DNA from: a virus | IMG/VR virus record: IMGVR_UViG_3300045988_119411 | Reading direction: 5' to 3' (one strand) | DNA length: 64,000 nucleotides | Translations under genes and position numbers: made by a program | Notes under the pieces: model-generated | Database searches by the model: none | What the model was told of the DNA's origin: nothing | Seen by the model: only the letters and a program-made list of their open reading frames with translations | Shown: positions 46,481 through 54,513 of the stretch, piece after piece | Layout of the letters: each line of letters starts with the position of its first letter | Position numbering within the stretch: position 1 is the stretch's first letter

Positions 46481-46789
46481 TTACCTCGCATCACGAACCC
46501 TGAAGAAAACCGTGATGCTCAGTTCGTAGTCATTTTCAAAGATTTCCCGGATACCGATTTCTCTCCACTGAGAGCCGTGGTCATAGGATTGCGAGACCAG
46601 GCGATCAACGATCTGGTTCACGACCTCTGTTGCAAATTGTATTGAGCATTGCTGGAACTTGAAAAACGTGAATTTGTAACCGAAATCAGTTTTCAGCTTT
46701 TCGTAGTAAACGTCGATTACATCGTCGACTTTGAGACGCAGTGCGGACGGGATAAACTCGTCATTCGGAATATAAAATTCAATTTTCAT
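46481..46789 (-). CDS. Hypothetical protein
   Basis: 102-aa ORF. Confidence 0.5.
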   Translation of the reverse strand: MKIEFYIPNDEFIPSALRLKVDDVIDVYYEKLKTDFGYKFTFFKFQQCSIQFATEVVNQIVDRLVSQSYDHGSQWREIGIREIFENDYELSITVFFRVRDAR

Positions 46790-47228
46790 GATTCTCCTCC
46801 TTAATCGGCACGAGCCGCCATTTCAGCCATCCATTCTGTGTGTCGCGCTGTGCGCTCAGATAATACTTCTTCGACAGCTCATAGAGTTTGTGGATGCAGT
46901 AGGGTTCATTCTTCTGGCAGTAATCGCCGTCATCCGCATGCTCAGAATCAAAATGCTCGCAGTCCGGGCAGACAAAGGTACGGCACACGTCGGCGCAAGC
47001 ATCCAGAAAGTCATCCGAGGTCATACCTTCCCACGGATCAACGTAGTCCCACAGGAACGTAGAAACTGCATCGCACTCCATGTGTGTTTTCCAGTCGTAC
47101 ACATCGCCGTCGAATTTGTATGTGTCATATCCATATTGTTCGCCCGGTTTGATCTCCTCACAGCACAGAGAGCATCTGTGCAGTTTCCGAGCAGTCCGCG
47201 TCTCGGATCTCAAAAGTTCAGGCATCAT
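46779..47228 (-). CDS. Cys-rich hypothetical protein
   Basis: HRCSLCCEEI...HMECD...CPDCEH... Confidence 0.5.
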   Translation of the reverse strand: MMPELLRSETRTARKLHRCSLCCEEIKPGEQYGYDTYKFDGDVYDWKTHMECDAVSTFLWDYVDPWEGMTSDDFLDACADVCRTFVCPDCEHFDSEHADDGDYCQKNEPYCIHKLYELSKKYYLSAQRDTQNGWLKWRLVPIKEENHEN

Positions 47229-47617
47229 GGAATATCCTCCTGCGCCTCCGGTAGCGGCATCCAGCGGGTGATCTCGTTCGATGGGACGGGCCAGTCTTCA
47301 CAAAACCATCCGTCACCCGGAAAATATTTGGCGACGTCTACGAGCGCGCCGGCATCGCCGCGAAATGTGACAAGGTATTTGTCCACACGATCTGGCGGCA
47401 TCCGATCCTTGCAGCTGATCCATTGCGGAATCTTCTCGCGCAGCTCTGCGAGCTCCTTCTGGTCGCGCTCGATCTGCTCAGCTCCCCAAGCGATCATCAG
47501 GTCCTGACAGCGATGCTCGACCAACGCAGCAGCCGGGCAATCCTTCACCATGCAGCGCGAAGTTGGATTTGCACATCTCCGCATGGCATCGATCATTTTC
47601 TCAGGCGTCCAATCCAT
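47225..47617 (-). CDS. DUF551-like protein
   Basis: ATG 47617 after GAGGAGGG. C-terminal WISCKDRMPP...ITRWMPLPE. Confidence 0.55.
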   Translation of the reverse strand: MDWTPEKMIDAMRRCANPTSRCMVKDCPAAALVEHRCQDLMIAWGAEQIERDQKELAELREKIPQWISCKDRMPPDRVDKYLVTFRGDAGALVDVAKYFPGDGWFCEDWPVPSNEITRWMPLPEAQEDIP

Positions 47618-47855
47618 TTTTGCCCTCCTCTGACAGGGCCGATAGCTGTGCCCGCAGATGCGCATTTGATTCTTCGAGCAATTTCACCGTTTTTTGCAGC
47701 TCAGAGATTTTAGCTCGCTGCTCACGATCACAGGCGCGAAAGCGCGCGAGCTCTTCACTCACACCACACAAAAACTGATGACAGTCTTTCTCAAACGGGA
47801 ATAAGCAGTGTTCGCATGTGCTAAGTCGATCGATTACTTTCTCCATGTCCATCAT
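47601..47855 (-). CDS. Hypothetical coiled-coil protein
   Basis: ATGA overlap with the PP-loop gene stop. RBS GGGAGGA. Confidence 0.5.
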   Translation of the reverse strand: MMDMEKVIDRLSTCEHCLFPFEKDCHQFLCGVSEELARFRACDREQRAKISELQKTVKLLEESNAHLRAQLSALSEEGKNGLDA

Positions 47856-48745
47856 AATAAATCCTCCCGAAATTCTTTCAGTACTTCTTGGCCCGGAAGT
47901 ACGCCGTCTTCCAAAATCCAGTGATATACATCTACGCCTGTTGTGCCCCAACGCATCTCGCCTTGCATTTTTCCAAGGCGCTTGCGCTCTAACAGCATCC
48001 GGTCGTAGGCCCGGATATATGCCAGTCTGTACTTCGGGTAGAGCGCAAATTCCATCAGGCGTTTTTTCTTCGACGCCAGAACGCAGCCAATGCAACCAAT
48101 ACGACAGAAACCGCAGTCATAAAGCGGATTCATACAAATATGCTCGGCTGCAACATAATCCCACACGTCTGTATCATCCCAGCCGATGATTGGATTTACG
48201 ATGCGCTTTCCTTTCATCTGGCATGTTTCAAATTGCATGCGTGATTCATCGTTATCATTCAAAAGTGTCAGCTTTTTACTGACATCGTGTGTTTGCACTT
48301 CGATGAGCCCACGAACGTTTTGCCGCTTGGGTGATTCGGCCCATCGCACACCAGTCGCAATAAACCTACCTTTTCCGCCACCTTCTTTGAGAATGGAGCA
48401 GCAATATCGCACCTGCCTCGTGGGCGGCATCAGCTTCTTGGGAATCAGATTCCACATGGTGATGCGCTTTCCGTTTGGCTGGACGTGGCAGTCGATCTTC
48501 GTCGGGATTCCTTTTTCATCCAACTTCCGGAAGGTCTTTCGCACATGATAGACCGTTTCCGGCGCATCTGCCGTTGTCAGGGAGTGGAGGACTTCGAACG
48601 GAATACCGCTGTTGATCGCCAGCCGGAGCAGCACGTCGCTGTCTTTTCCGCCCGAGTAGGTAATAACAAGCGGCTGCTTGTAGAGCTTCAAGCTCTGTGC
48701 CGACGCGAACCGCAGCGCCTCAAACGCGCTCTGTTCCAAGTCCAC
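47852..48745 (-). CDS. PP-loop ATP pyrophosphatase of the PAPS-reductase / DndC-like family
   Basis: VITYSGGKDSDVLL PP-loop, RYCCSILK, and a C-terminal Cys cluster CGFCRIGCIGC. GTG 48745 after TAGGAGGA. Confidence 0.8.
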   Translation of the reverse strand: MDLEQSAFEALRFASAQSLKLYKQPLVITYSGGKDSDVLLRLAINSGIPFEVLHSLTTADAPETVYHVRKTFRKLDEKGIPTKIDCHVQPNGKRITMWNLIPKKLMPPTRQVRYCCSILKEGGGKGRFIATGVRWAESPKRQNVRGLIEVQTHDVSKKLTLLNDNDESRMQFETCQMKGKRIVNPIIGWDDTDVWDYVAAEHICMNPLYDCGFCRIGCIGCVLASKKKRLMEFALYPKYRLAYIRAYDRMLLERKRLGKMQGEMRWGTTGVDVYHWILEDGVLPGQEVLKEFREDLL

Positions 48746-48756
48746 TACAGATCCTC

Positions 48757-49602
48757 CTACCAATATTCATTGAATTTCTTCCCCGTGATAATCGGCCTGC
48801 ACCATTCACGTTGAAACCTTCGCCACGCGGCGTCCGTTTTTCCTTCTTCATCCCGGAAAAGCATTGCGTATGGTACAAATCCGGCCTGCATGGTCTGTGT
48901 CAGCCGCAACTCCGCGTCCTCAAAACTGTCCCCAGCATATCCAACAAGGACATAGCAGCACATGGCGTGACTCTTTGGCCGGAACCCCGCAAGGCGTAGT
49001 TTCCGCCCCATCTCAATCAGAGGTTCCAGATCATCCTTTGTGTCGTATGCTGTGTAAAGCCGCTTCGGTTTTACCTCCCGCAGCAAATCCGCCTGCCATT
49101 GCTGAAGCAAGGACGGTTCCAGTCCTCCGGTGAAGATTGCAAAATGCTCCTGCCTCTTGAGCATTTCGCAGACCGCCCGGAAATGGTGTTCAGACGTTCC
49201 GAGAATGTTGTCGTCGAGGATGTTCCATCCGTTCACGATCGGCAGCTCCCGAATCACGCCATGTGCGCAGCGCGGAACCGAGCAGAACCAACATTCCTTC
49301 GTACAGCCGCGCGACGTGAAGATATAGCCGTCTCGGAGATACATTCCCGGCGTGAAATCACCCATGCGGTCATCAAATGCCGGGCCTCCAACTTCAACCG
49401 GAACACCTAGGATTTGCCACGCATAGTAGAGATCTTCTGCACGCGGAATGTCCCATGTGAAGGTTGTAGAGATGTGCACCGCTTCAACTTCAGCCTTGAT
49501 ACAATCTGCGATATTCTCGATTGTCGGTGCACCGAAGAACGCTAGCGTATCCGTAGGCGATGCAGCCGTCTTTCTTGGGAATACCCGCGCAATCCGATTC
49601 AT
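48757..49602 (-). CDS. Radical SAM protein
   Basis: FTSRGCTKECWFCSVP carries the CxxxCxxC cluster motif. 281 aa. Confidence 0.7.
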   Translation of the reverse strand: MNRIARVFPRKTAASPTDTLAFFGAPTIENIADCIKAEVEAVHISTTFTWDIPRAEDLYYAWQILGVPVEVGGPAFDDRMGDFTPGMYLRDGYIFTSRGCTKECWFCSVPRCAHGVIRELPIVNGWNILDDNILGTSEHHFRAVCEMLKRQEHFAIFTGGLEPSLLQQWQADLLREVKPKRLYTAYDTKDDLEPLIEMGRKLRLAGFRPKSHAMCCYVLVGYAGDSFEDAELRLTQTMQAGFVPYAMLFRDEEGKTDAAWRRFQREWCRPIITGKKFNEYW

Positions 49603-49850
49603 TTCAGCAACCCCATTCTTTTCAATCTCGCTACACTCCGTGACCGCTTTTCCGCGTCCGCAGTGTAGGCGTCGCGGCTCCGTTCAACTTCTCTCGCGGC
49701 TTTTCTCCCTCTGCAATTTTCCGCCAATGCCTTGAAAATCGGATATGCCTGCTGCGGCACTACCGCGTTTCCGAGGCATTTAAGTCTGTCCACCCGATTG
49801 GGAATCCCATGAGCCACTCGCACCACGTCGGGTTCACCATAGCGCCACCT
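49599..49850 (-). pseudogene. 3' remnant of a DNA cytosine-5 methyltransferase gene
   Basis: WRYGEPDVVRVAHGIPNRVDRLKCLGNAVVPQQAYPIF matches the Dcm C-terminal motif. No start and no N-terminal motifs. The frame runs into the DPPY MTase gene. Confidence 0.55.
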
Positions 49851-50508
49851 GTGCCGTATACGCTGCGAAGCGTTCTTCCTGTGCCTCGAAATAATGACTG
49901 TCAATCTCGCATCCCACAAAATCCAAACCGGCGTCATACGCCGCGATCCGGCTGCTTCCGCTGCCAAGATGGGTGTCGAGGATTTTGTCTCCCGGTTTTG
50001 CGTAGCGGCTGAAGATCCATTCGTAAAGCGCGACTGGCTTTTGCGTGGGATGGATACGCTTTTCGTTCTTGCGTTTGTCTCCCTGCATGACCGCACCTTC
50101 TACGATACTTTTTCCCTGACACATCCCATTCCACATAAAGCGAAATAGACGAACGCTGTCATGGCAGTTTGTGGCGGCAATCTCACAATCGCTGAATGAA
50201 CTGGAAGCATTGCATTTGTCCCACACAATCCGCCCGGCGGGGAAGTGATAGTAGAAGTAGTTGCAGCCCCATACGATGTACTTCTTCGCCACTCTGTCCA
50301 GCTCTTTGAAATATGGGGCCTGCGGCACATCCCACTTTGGGGAGATTGGATAATCACGATGAACGCCGATGGAGCTTACTTTGTTCCCGTAGTAGCCGCG
50401 CCGTTCGGGGCCGGAAAAATACGGAGGATCGACCACAGCCAGATCAAATGCCTTGTCTGGCAGACTGCGCATATATTCAAAGCAATCCACGTTGTAGACG
50501 ACGTTCAT
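49834..50508 (-). CDS. DNA methyltransferase, beta-class (N6-adenine or N4-cytosine)
   Basis: LAVVDPPYF (motif IV) precedes ILDTHLGSGSS (motif I). ATGA overlap with the ASCH gene. Confidence 0.85.
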   Translation of the reverse strand: MNVVYNVDCFEYMRSLPDKAFDLAVVDPPYFSGPERRGYYGNKVSSIGVHRDYPISPKWDVPQAPYFKELDRVAKKYIVWGCNYFYYHFPAGRIVWDKCNASSSFSDCEIAATNCHDSVRLFRFMWNGMCQGKSIVEGAVMQGDKRKNEKRIHPTQKPVALYEWIFSRYAKPGDKILDTHLGSGSSRIAAYDAGLDFVGCEIDSHYFEAQEERFAAYTAQVALW

Positions 50509-51128
50509 TCTCGCAATTCCTCCACATATCCCCAGCTCTGGGGGGGATGGCGAATTGTATTTCCACATTCCGCGATGTTAATGCTGCCGTCTGGATTGTA
50601 ATCATATCTCTGGAACGAACACGCAATCCTGCGTGACGGGCACGTCCCATCATCATTTTTATACCTGCAAGCAGCCGTGAACTCTCCCAGCTCCTTCGGC
50701 TCATCGTAGATCTTCAGGCTGGAAATGTGCCAGCCATAACCAACGGCAACGCCTAGATACTTGTGAAGCTCTGCGGGTTCCAAGCAAGTCGGCCGCGCAA
50801 CGTCCGACTGGATTCTTCTTGCACCATCAATTTCGACGATCTCTTCGCACACAAATTCACCGATGACCTTCTGACGCTTGCCCCACATATCGCAAACTGA
50901 GCCTTCGTCCGTTTTGATGAAAACCGGCTTGCCGTGATAAATCTCGCCGTAATTCTCGTCGCCATCTTTCAGGATACAGATGAGCCGTTCTTCTGCCTTT
51001 GTGCAGTAGATGTAGCACTTGAAAGGCGTTTCCATCTTCGGCCGCGTCTTGCGAACCTCGATGGTCTTTTCTCCGGACACGATCTTCCCGCACCATTGCG
51101 GGCGGATGCTGATTAAAACTGCTTTCAT
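50505..51128 (-). CDS. ASCH (PUA-like) domain protein
   Basis: MKAVLISIRPQWCGKIVSGEKTIEVRK, an ASCH N-terminal signature. Confidence 0.7.
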   Translation of the reverse strand: MKAVLISIRPQWCGKIVSGEKTIEVRKTRPKMETPFKCYIYCTKAEERLICILKDGDENYGEIYHGKPVFIKTDEGSVCDMWGKRQKVIGEFVCEEIVEIDGARRIQSDVARPTCLEPAELHKYLGVAVGYGWHISSLKIYDEPKELGEFTAACRYKNDDGTCPSRRIACSFQRYDYNPDGSINIAECGNTIRHPPQSWGYVEELRE

Positions 51129-51137
51129 AGAGGTCCC

Positions 51138-51431
51138 TCACAGATTGGAAAGTGTGCCGTTGCCGATGATAACGGCATTGGTCAGGCTGGAACCGAGGAC
51201 AAAGACTGTGACCTGAGAGCCGACGGAGGCGGAGGCCATGCTGGAAACGTAGGGGAGGGCGATTTCTTCATCGAAGGGGCGCTTGACGGTGATTTTCCCG
51301 CCAGAGGCTGCTTTCGTGACCTGTGCGCGGAAGAACCAGACGTTGGAGCTGATGAGATCTTTGATTTTTGGCTGGAAGTAAGTCCAGAGCGCATCGGCAA
51401 AGGCTTTCATTTCAACATCGTTGTTGGTCAT
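51138..51431 (-). CDS. Hypothetical protein
   Basis: 97-aa ORF coupled to the upstream ORF. Confidence 0.5.
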   Translation of the reverse strand: MTNNDVEMKAFADALWTYFQPKIKDLISSNVWFFRAQVTKAASGGKITVKRPFDEEIALPYVSSMASASVGSQVTVFVLGSSLTNAVIIGNGTLSNL

Positions 51432-52159
51432 GTTGAGTCTCCCTTCAGGTTGGAGTCAATCAATTCGCAGGAGATCATGTCATTTGGAAGGAGCAGACGG
51501 GCCGCGTCAAAGCTTTCTGCTTCGACCGTTACTTCTTCCGGTTTGCGTCCGATTCTCTGGATCGCAAACCGATAGGATGCGCGGATGACGTTTGTGTGGT
51601 AATTTCGGTTTTGATTCATCGCAAATGTTCCTTTTCCGCTGTGAATAGTTACCATGTCCGCAAATTTTGGGAGATTTACGAGCGGCCCATCGTATATGAT
51701 TTCGTTGGTCTTTTTGTTGACGATACGAATGCAAGCCGGGGCGGTCATAAAGAAGCGCTTCCCCTGATGCTGCTCCGGAGCGGCATGCTCTTCGTCGTTT
51801 TCGCTCGCCTCTGCTTGAAGGTGTTCATATTCCTCCGTCAGGCGCTGCGATTCGGCATGAAGCTCTGCATGGTTGGTGACGATGGAAAAGTATCGCTCTT
51901 CCGGCGGTTCGTAGAAATACTCGCCCGGCTTATCGTCGTAGAGAGGGGTGCTGGCGACGATGGAACGCGGCCAGTAGCCAAGCTCGAAGTCGTTATAGGA
52001 AACGGCGGGAGGATCGCAAGCACCGAAAACGTCACGAACCAGAGGTCGCGGGTAGGCGGAAAGAAATTCCTCGAACTCGGATTTGCTGACTCTTTTCGTT
52101 TCGGCCTCGAGCGCGGCGTGTTTGTCAATATAGTCCGAAAGGGCTTTCGTCATTTCCAT
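51428..52159 (-). CDS. Hypothetical protein
   Basis: 243 aa, no recognised motif. Confidence 0.5.
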   Translation of the reverse strand: MEMTKALSDYIDKHAALEAETKRVSKSEFEEFLSAYPRPLVRDVFGACDPPAVSYNDFELGYWPRSIVASTPLYDDKPGEYFYEPPEERYFSIVTNHAELHAESQRLTEEYEHLQAEASENDEEHAAPEQHQGKRFFMTAPACIRIVNKKTNEIIYDGPLVNLPKFADMVTIHSGKGTFAMNQNRNYHTNVIRASYRFAIQRIGRKPEEVTVEAESFDAARLLLPNDMISCELIDSNLKGDST

Positions 52160-52162
52160 GGG

Positions 52163-52504
52163 TCATTCCTCCCAGATGTTTAAGATGGTGAAGGTGATGA
52201 GGATGCCGGCGTCGGTTTTGCAGAGGGTAAGGTCGTCACAGAGCAGGGCAGATTCGGCCAGACGGCTTTTGAGCTTGGTGCTCATGACGTGCGTGGCCGG
52301 CGGAAATTCCAGTTGGCAATAGGCGGTCTGGCTTTCCTTTCGCGGCGGGACGATGTTGATGCCGATGTTTGCAGACTTCGCAAACTCAACCAGATTTTCG
52401 CGCAGGAGTTCAAACTTTCGGACGGGCCACGGATTGGGCTTCATTCCGTGGGTGGTTTCGCTTTCTCGAAGAATATCGCAAAGCGGATCGTTGATATGAT
52501 TCAT
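52163..52504 (-). CDS. Hypothetical protein
   Basis: ATG 52504 after AAAGGAG, about 45 nt downstream of motif copy E. Confidence 0.5.
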   Translation of the reverse strand: MNHINDPLCDILRESETTHGMKPNPWPVRKFELLRENLVEFAKSANIGINIVPPRKESQTAYCQLEFPPATHVMSTKLKSRLAESALLCDDLTLCKTDAGILITFTILNIWEE

Positions 52505-52547
52505 GGAAATGCTCCTTTTCATTTTCAATTTGAAAGCTCGGACGCTG

Positions 52548-52600
52548 TTATTGCTACTCGGATTTCGGATTTGTCCCGTGGAGAAGACGAAATTTTTTTG
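52548..52600 (-). promoter_or_regulatory. Leftward-arm motif copy E
   Basis: Minus strand: AAAAAAATTTCG...GGGACAAATCC-GAAAT-CCGAGTAGCAATA, upstream of ATG 52504. Confidence 0.5.
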
Positions 52601-52802
52601 CACAGCCTTCGCAGGCCGGGGAGAACAGCACCTGATTTCCCAAGCCACCGCGTAGCTCAAAGGTAAACATGAAAAAATGCAGCGTGCCATCTGATTCCAG
52701 CTGTATTTGTGGCAGGATCGGCCTGCCGCAGCATTTGCAGGTTGCTGCATAAAAATTTACATCGGTCATGATGCCATCAAGGATGGACTGTGTGAGTTCC
52801 AT
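52554..52802 (-). CDS. Small Cys-rich protein coupled to the cysteine desulfurase
   Basis: CKCCG...CEGC. TAATG stop/start overlap with 52802-53884. Confidence 0.45.
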   Translation of the reverse strand: MELTQSILDGIMTDVNFYAATCKCCGRPILPQIQLESDGTLHFFMFTFELRGGLGNQVLFSPACEGCAKKFRLLHGTNPKSE

Positions 52803-53884
52803 TACTGATTTCTCAGCTCCTTTACGTTTTTCGCCACAAGTTTGACGGCCTCGTCGATCTTGGCGCGGTCGGATGCTTCGCTCCTGCCATAGGCCGGTGA
52901 AGTTTCATTTGGTTCAGAAAGTGTGAAGTCGAAGGAGAAGCGGATGGCGCTGGCGGCACGGTCTGCGGAATAGCCGGAATTGATCAGAACGCGGGAGGGC
53001 TGCGGATTGCCGCTGGAGCAGGCCGCGCCGGAGGAGACCATGACGCCATCGGCCGCGAGACGCAGGACGAGCGCGTGATTTTCAACGCCGGGGAAGGAGA
53101 GATTGGCGATGTAGGGGGACTGCGTGCCGTTGCTTCCGCGGGAGAGCTTGCCATTGAGCTGCGCGTCTGGAAGTTCGTTTAGGATGCCGGTGATGAGACG
53201 GTCGTGCAGGTCTTCGGCCAGTTCTGAAAATTCCCGTAGGTGCTGCGTCCGGAAATGGAGCGCCTGCGCGAAGGCGGCGGCAAGGGGGACGGATGGTGTG
53301 GCGAAATGGTAGCTGGAAGTGATGCGGCTCGGTTCTTTGGCGATGAGAACGCCGACGCCGACCGGGGCGCCAAATTTATGGCCGCCGCCGCAGATGTAAT
53401 CAAGGCCGGATTTTTTGAAATTCAGCTCAGATTTGCCCATGGCGGCCGTACAGTCGGAAAAGGAACGGTCTGCGCAGGAAAGTGCTTGTTTCAGGTTGTA
53501 GACCCGACCGGTTTCGTTGTTGGTGTGGATGTGACAGCAGAATTTGCTTTCTGAGAAAGGAAAACCGTATGCGCCCACGTCCTGATATACCGTAACAACG
53601 GACTGGTGCTCCACATCTGAAATGTGGATATAACCGTCGTGAATCGCTTCGTGCATGGTTAGGTTGATGCTTTCTGTGGCGGATGTGGTGAAGATCACCT
53701 GCTCCGGCTCGCAATGGAGGCAATCAGCAACAATCTCCCGCTGTGAGAAAAGCATTTTTTCAGCGGATTGGCCGAAGGAATGGCTGCTGTTTGGATTGCC
53801 CCAGAAAAAGCGGCTGGTTCGCTGGAATGCGAAGAGTGCCGTTTTCAGAGTGGGAGAGGTCGCTGCGTAGTCCAAGTAGATCAT
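52802..53884 (-). CDS. Cysteine desulfurase (class V aminotransferase, NifS/IscS-like)
   Basis: IYLDYAATSP, GNPNSSHSFG, IFTTSATESINL, HTNNETG, GGGHKFGAPVGVGVL (PLP-Lys context), SSGAACSSG (catalytic Cys loop), AIRFSF. Confidence 0.85.
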   Translation of the reverse strand: MIYLDYAATSPTLKTALFAFQRTSRFFWGNPNSSHSFGQSAEKMLFSQREIVADCLHCEPEQVIFTTSATESINLTMHEAIHDGYIHISDVEHQSVVTVYQDVGAYGFPFSESKFCCHIHTNNETGRVYNLKQALSCADRSFSDCTAAMGKSELNFKKSGLDYICGGGHKFGAPVGVGVLIAKEPSRITSSYHFATPSVPLAAAFAQALHFRTQHLREFSELAEDLHDRLITGILNELPDAQLNGKLSRGSNGTQSPYIANLSFPGVENHALVLRLAADGVMVSSGAACSSGNPQPSRVLINSGYSADRAASAIRFSFDFTLSEPNETSPAYGRSEASDRAKIDEAVKLVAKNVKELRNQ

Positions 53885-54441
53885 ACGGCGGCTCCTTTCG
53901 GCCAGTTCTGGATGTAGGAGGCGCAGATTTTTTCATAGATCTTCTGCTGCGCTTCCAACTGAATGATTCGTTCGCGCAGGACGGCGGGTTCTTCCAGAAT
54001 GCCGGATTCAGGTGGAACTTCCTCCTGCTGAACGAGTTCGTTGGTTTCCGATAGAGGAGGAAGTCCTTCTTCTTTTTTCGGCGTTTCTTCCGCGGCGATC
54101 GGCCGTGTAATACCGAGGCTGATCAGGATGGCCGCATCGACGAGCGCCATTTCTTCCATGTCGAGCGTACAGAGATAGCTTTCGATCCGTTCTTTGGAGA
54201 CGGTATAGACAGATTCGCAGAGGACCGTGTTTTGTCGGCCATAGATGGAGATTGGGACATGGGTTGGAAGCGGCTTTTTGAAGGCTGTGGTTAAGTAAAC
54301 GATCTCGACCAAAGGTGAATACTGATTGTTTTTTTCATTGGAAACGATGACGGCGGGACGAGTCTTTGCCATTTCGGAGCCGACATAGTAGCCGGAATCC
54401 CGAATGTAGAACACGTCGCCGCGGTGAATTTTCAGTTCCAT
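53881..54441 (-). CDS. PemK/MazF-fold protein with a C-terminal extension of about 70 aa
   Basis: RGDVFYI...GSEMAKTRPAVIVSN...YLTT. ATGA overlap with the desulfurase gene. No antitoxin-like ORF adjacent. Confidence 0.6.
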   Translation of the reverse strand: MELKIHRGDVFYIRDSGYYVGSEMAKTRPAVIVSNEKNNQYSPLVEIVYLTTAFKKPLPTHVPISIYGRQNTVLCESVYTVSKERIESYLCTLDMEEMALVDAAILISLGITRPIAAEETPKKEEGLPPLSETNELVQQEEVPPESGILEEPAVLRERIIQLEAQQKIYEKICASYIQNWPKGAAV

Positions 54442-54460
54442 AGGGGCATCCTTTCGTCAG

Positions 54461-54498
54461 ATTTTTATAAAAATGGCGCGGCGGGAGATCGCCGCGCC
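54461..54498 (-). terminator. Rho-independent terminator after the HU gene
   Basis: GGCGCGGCG-ATCTCC-CGCCGCGCC followed by ATTTTTATAAAAAT on the minus strand. Confidence 0.75.
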
Positions 54499-54513
54499 AA
54501 GCGGTTCGTTTTG

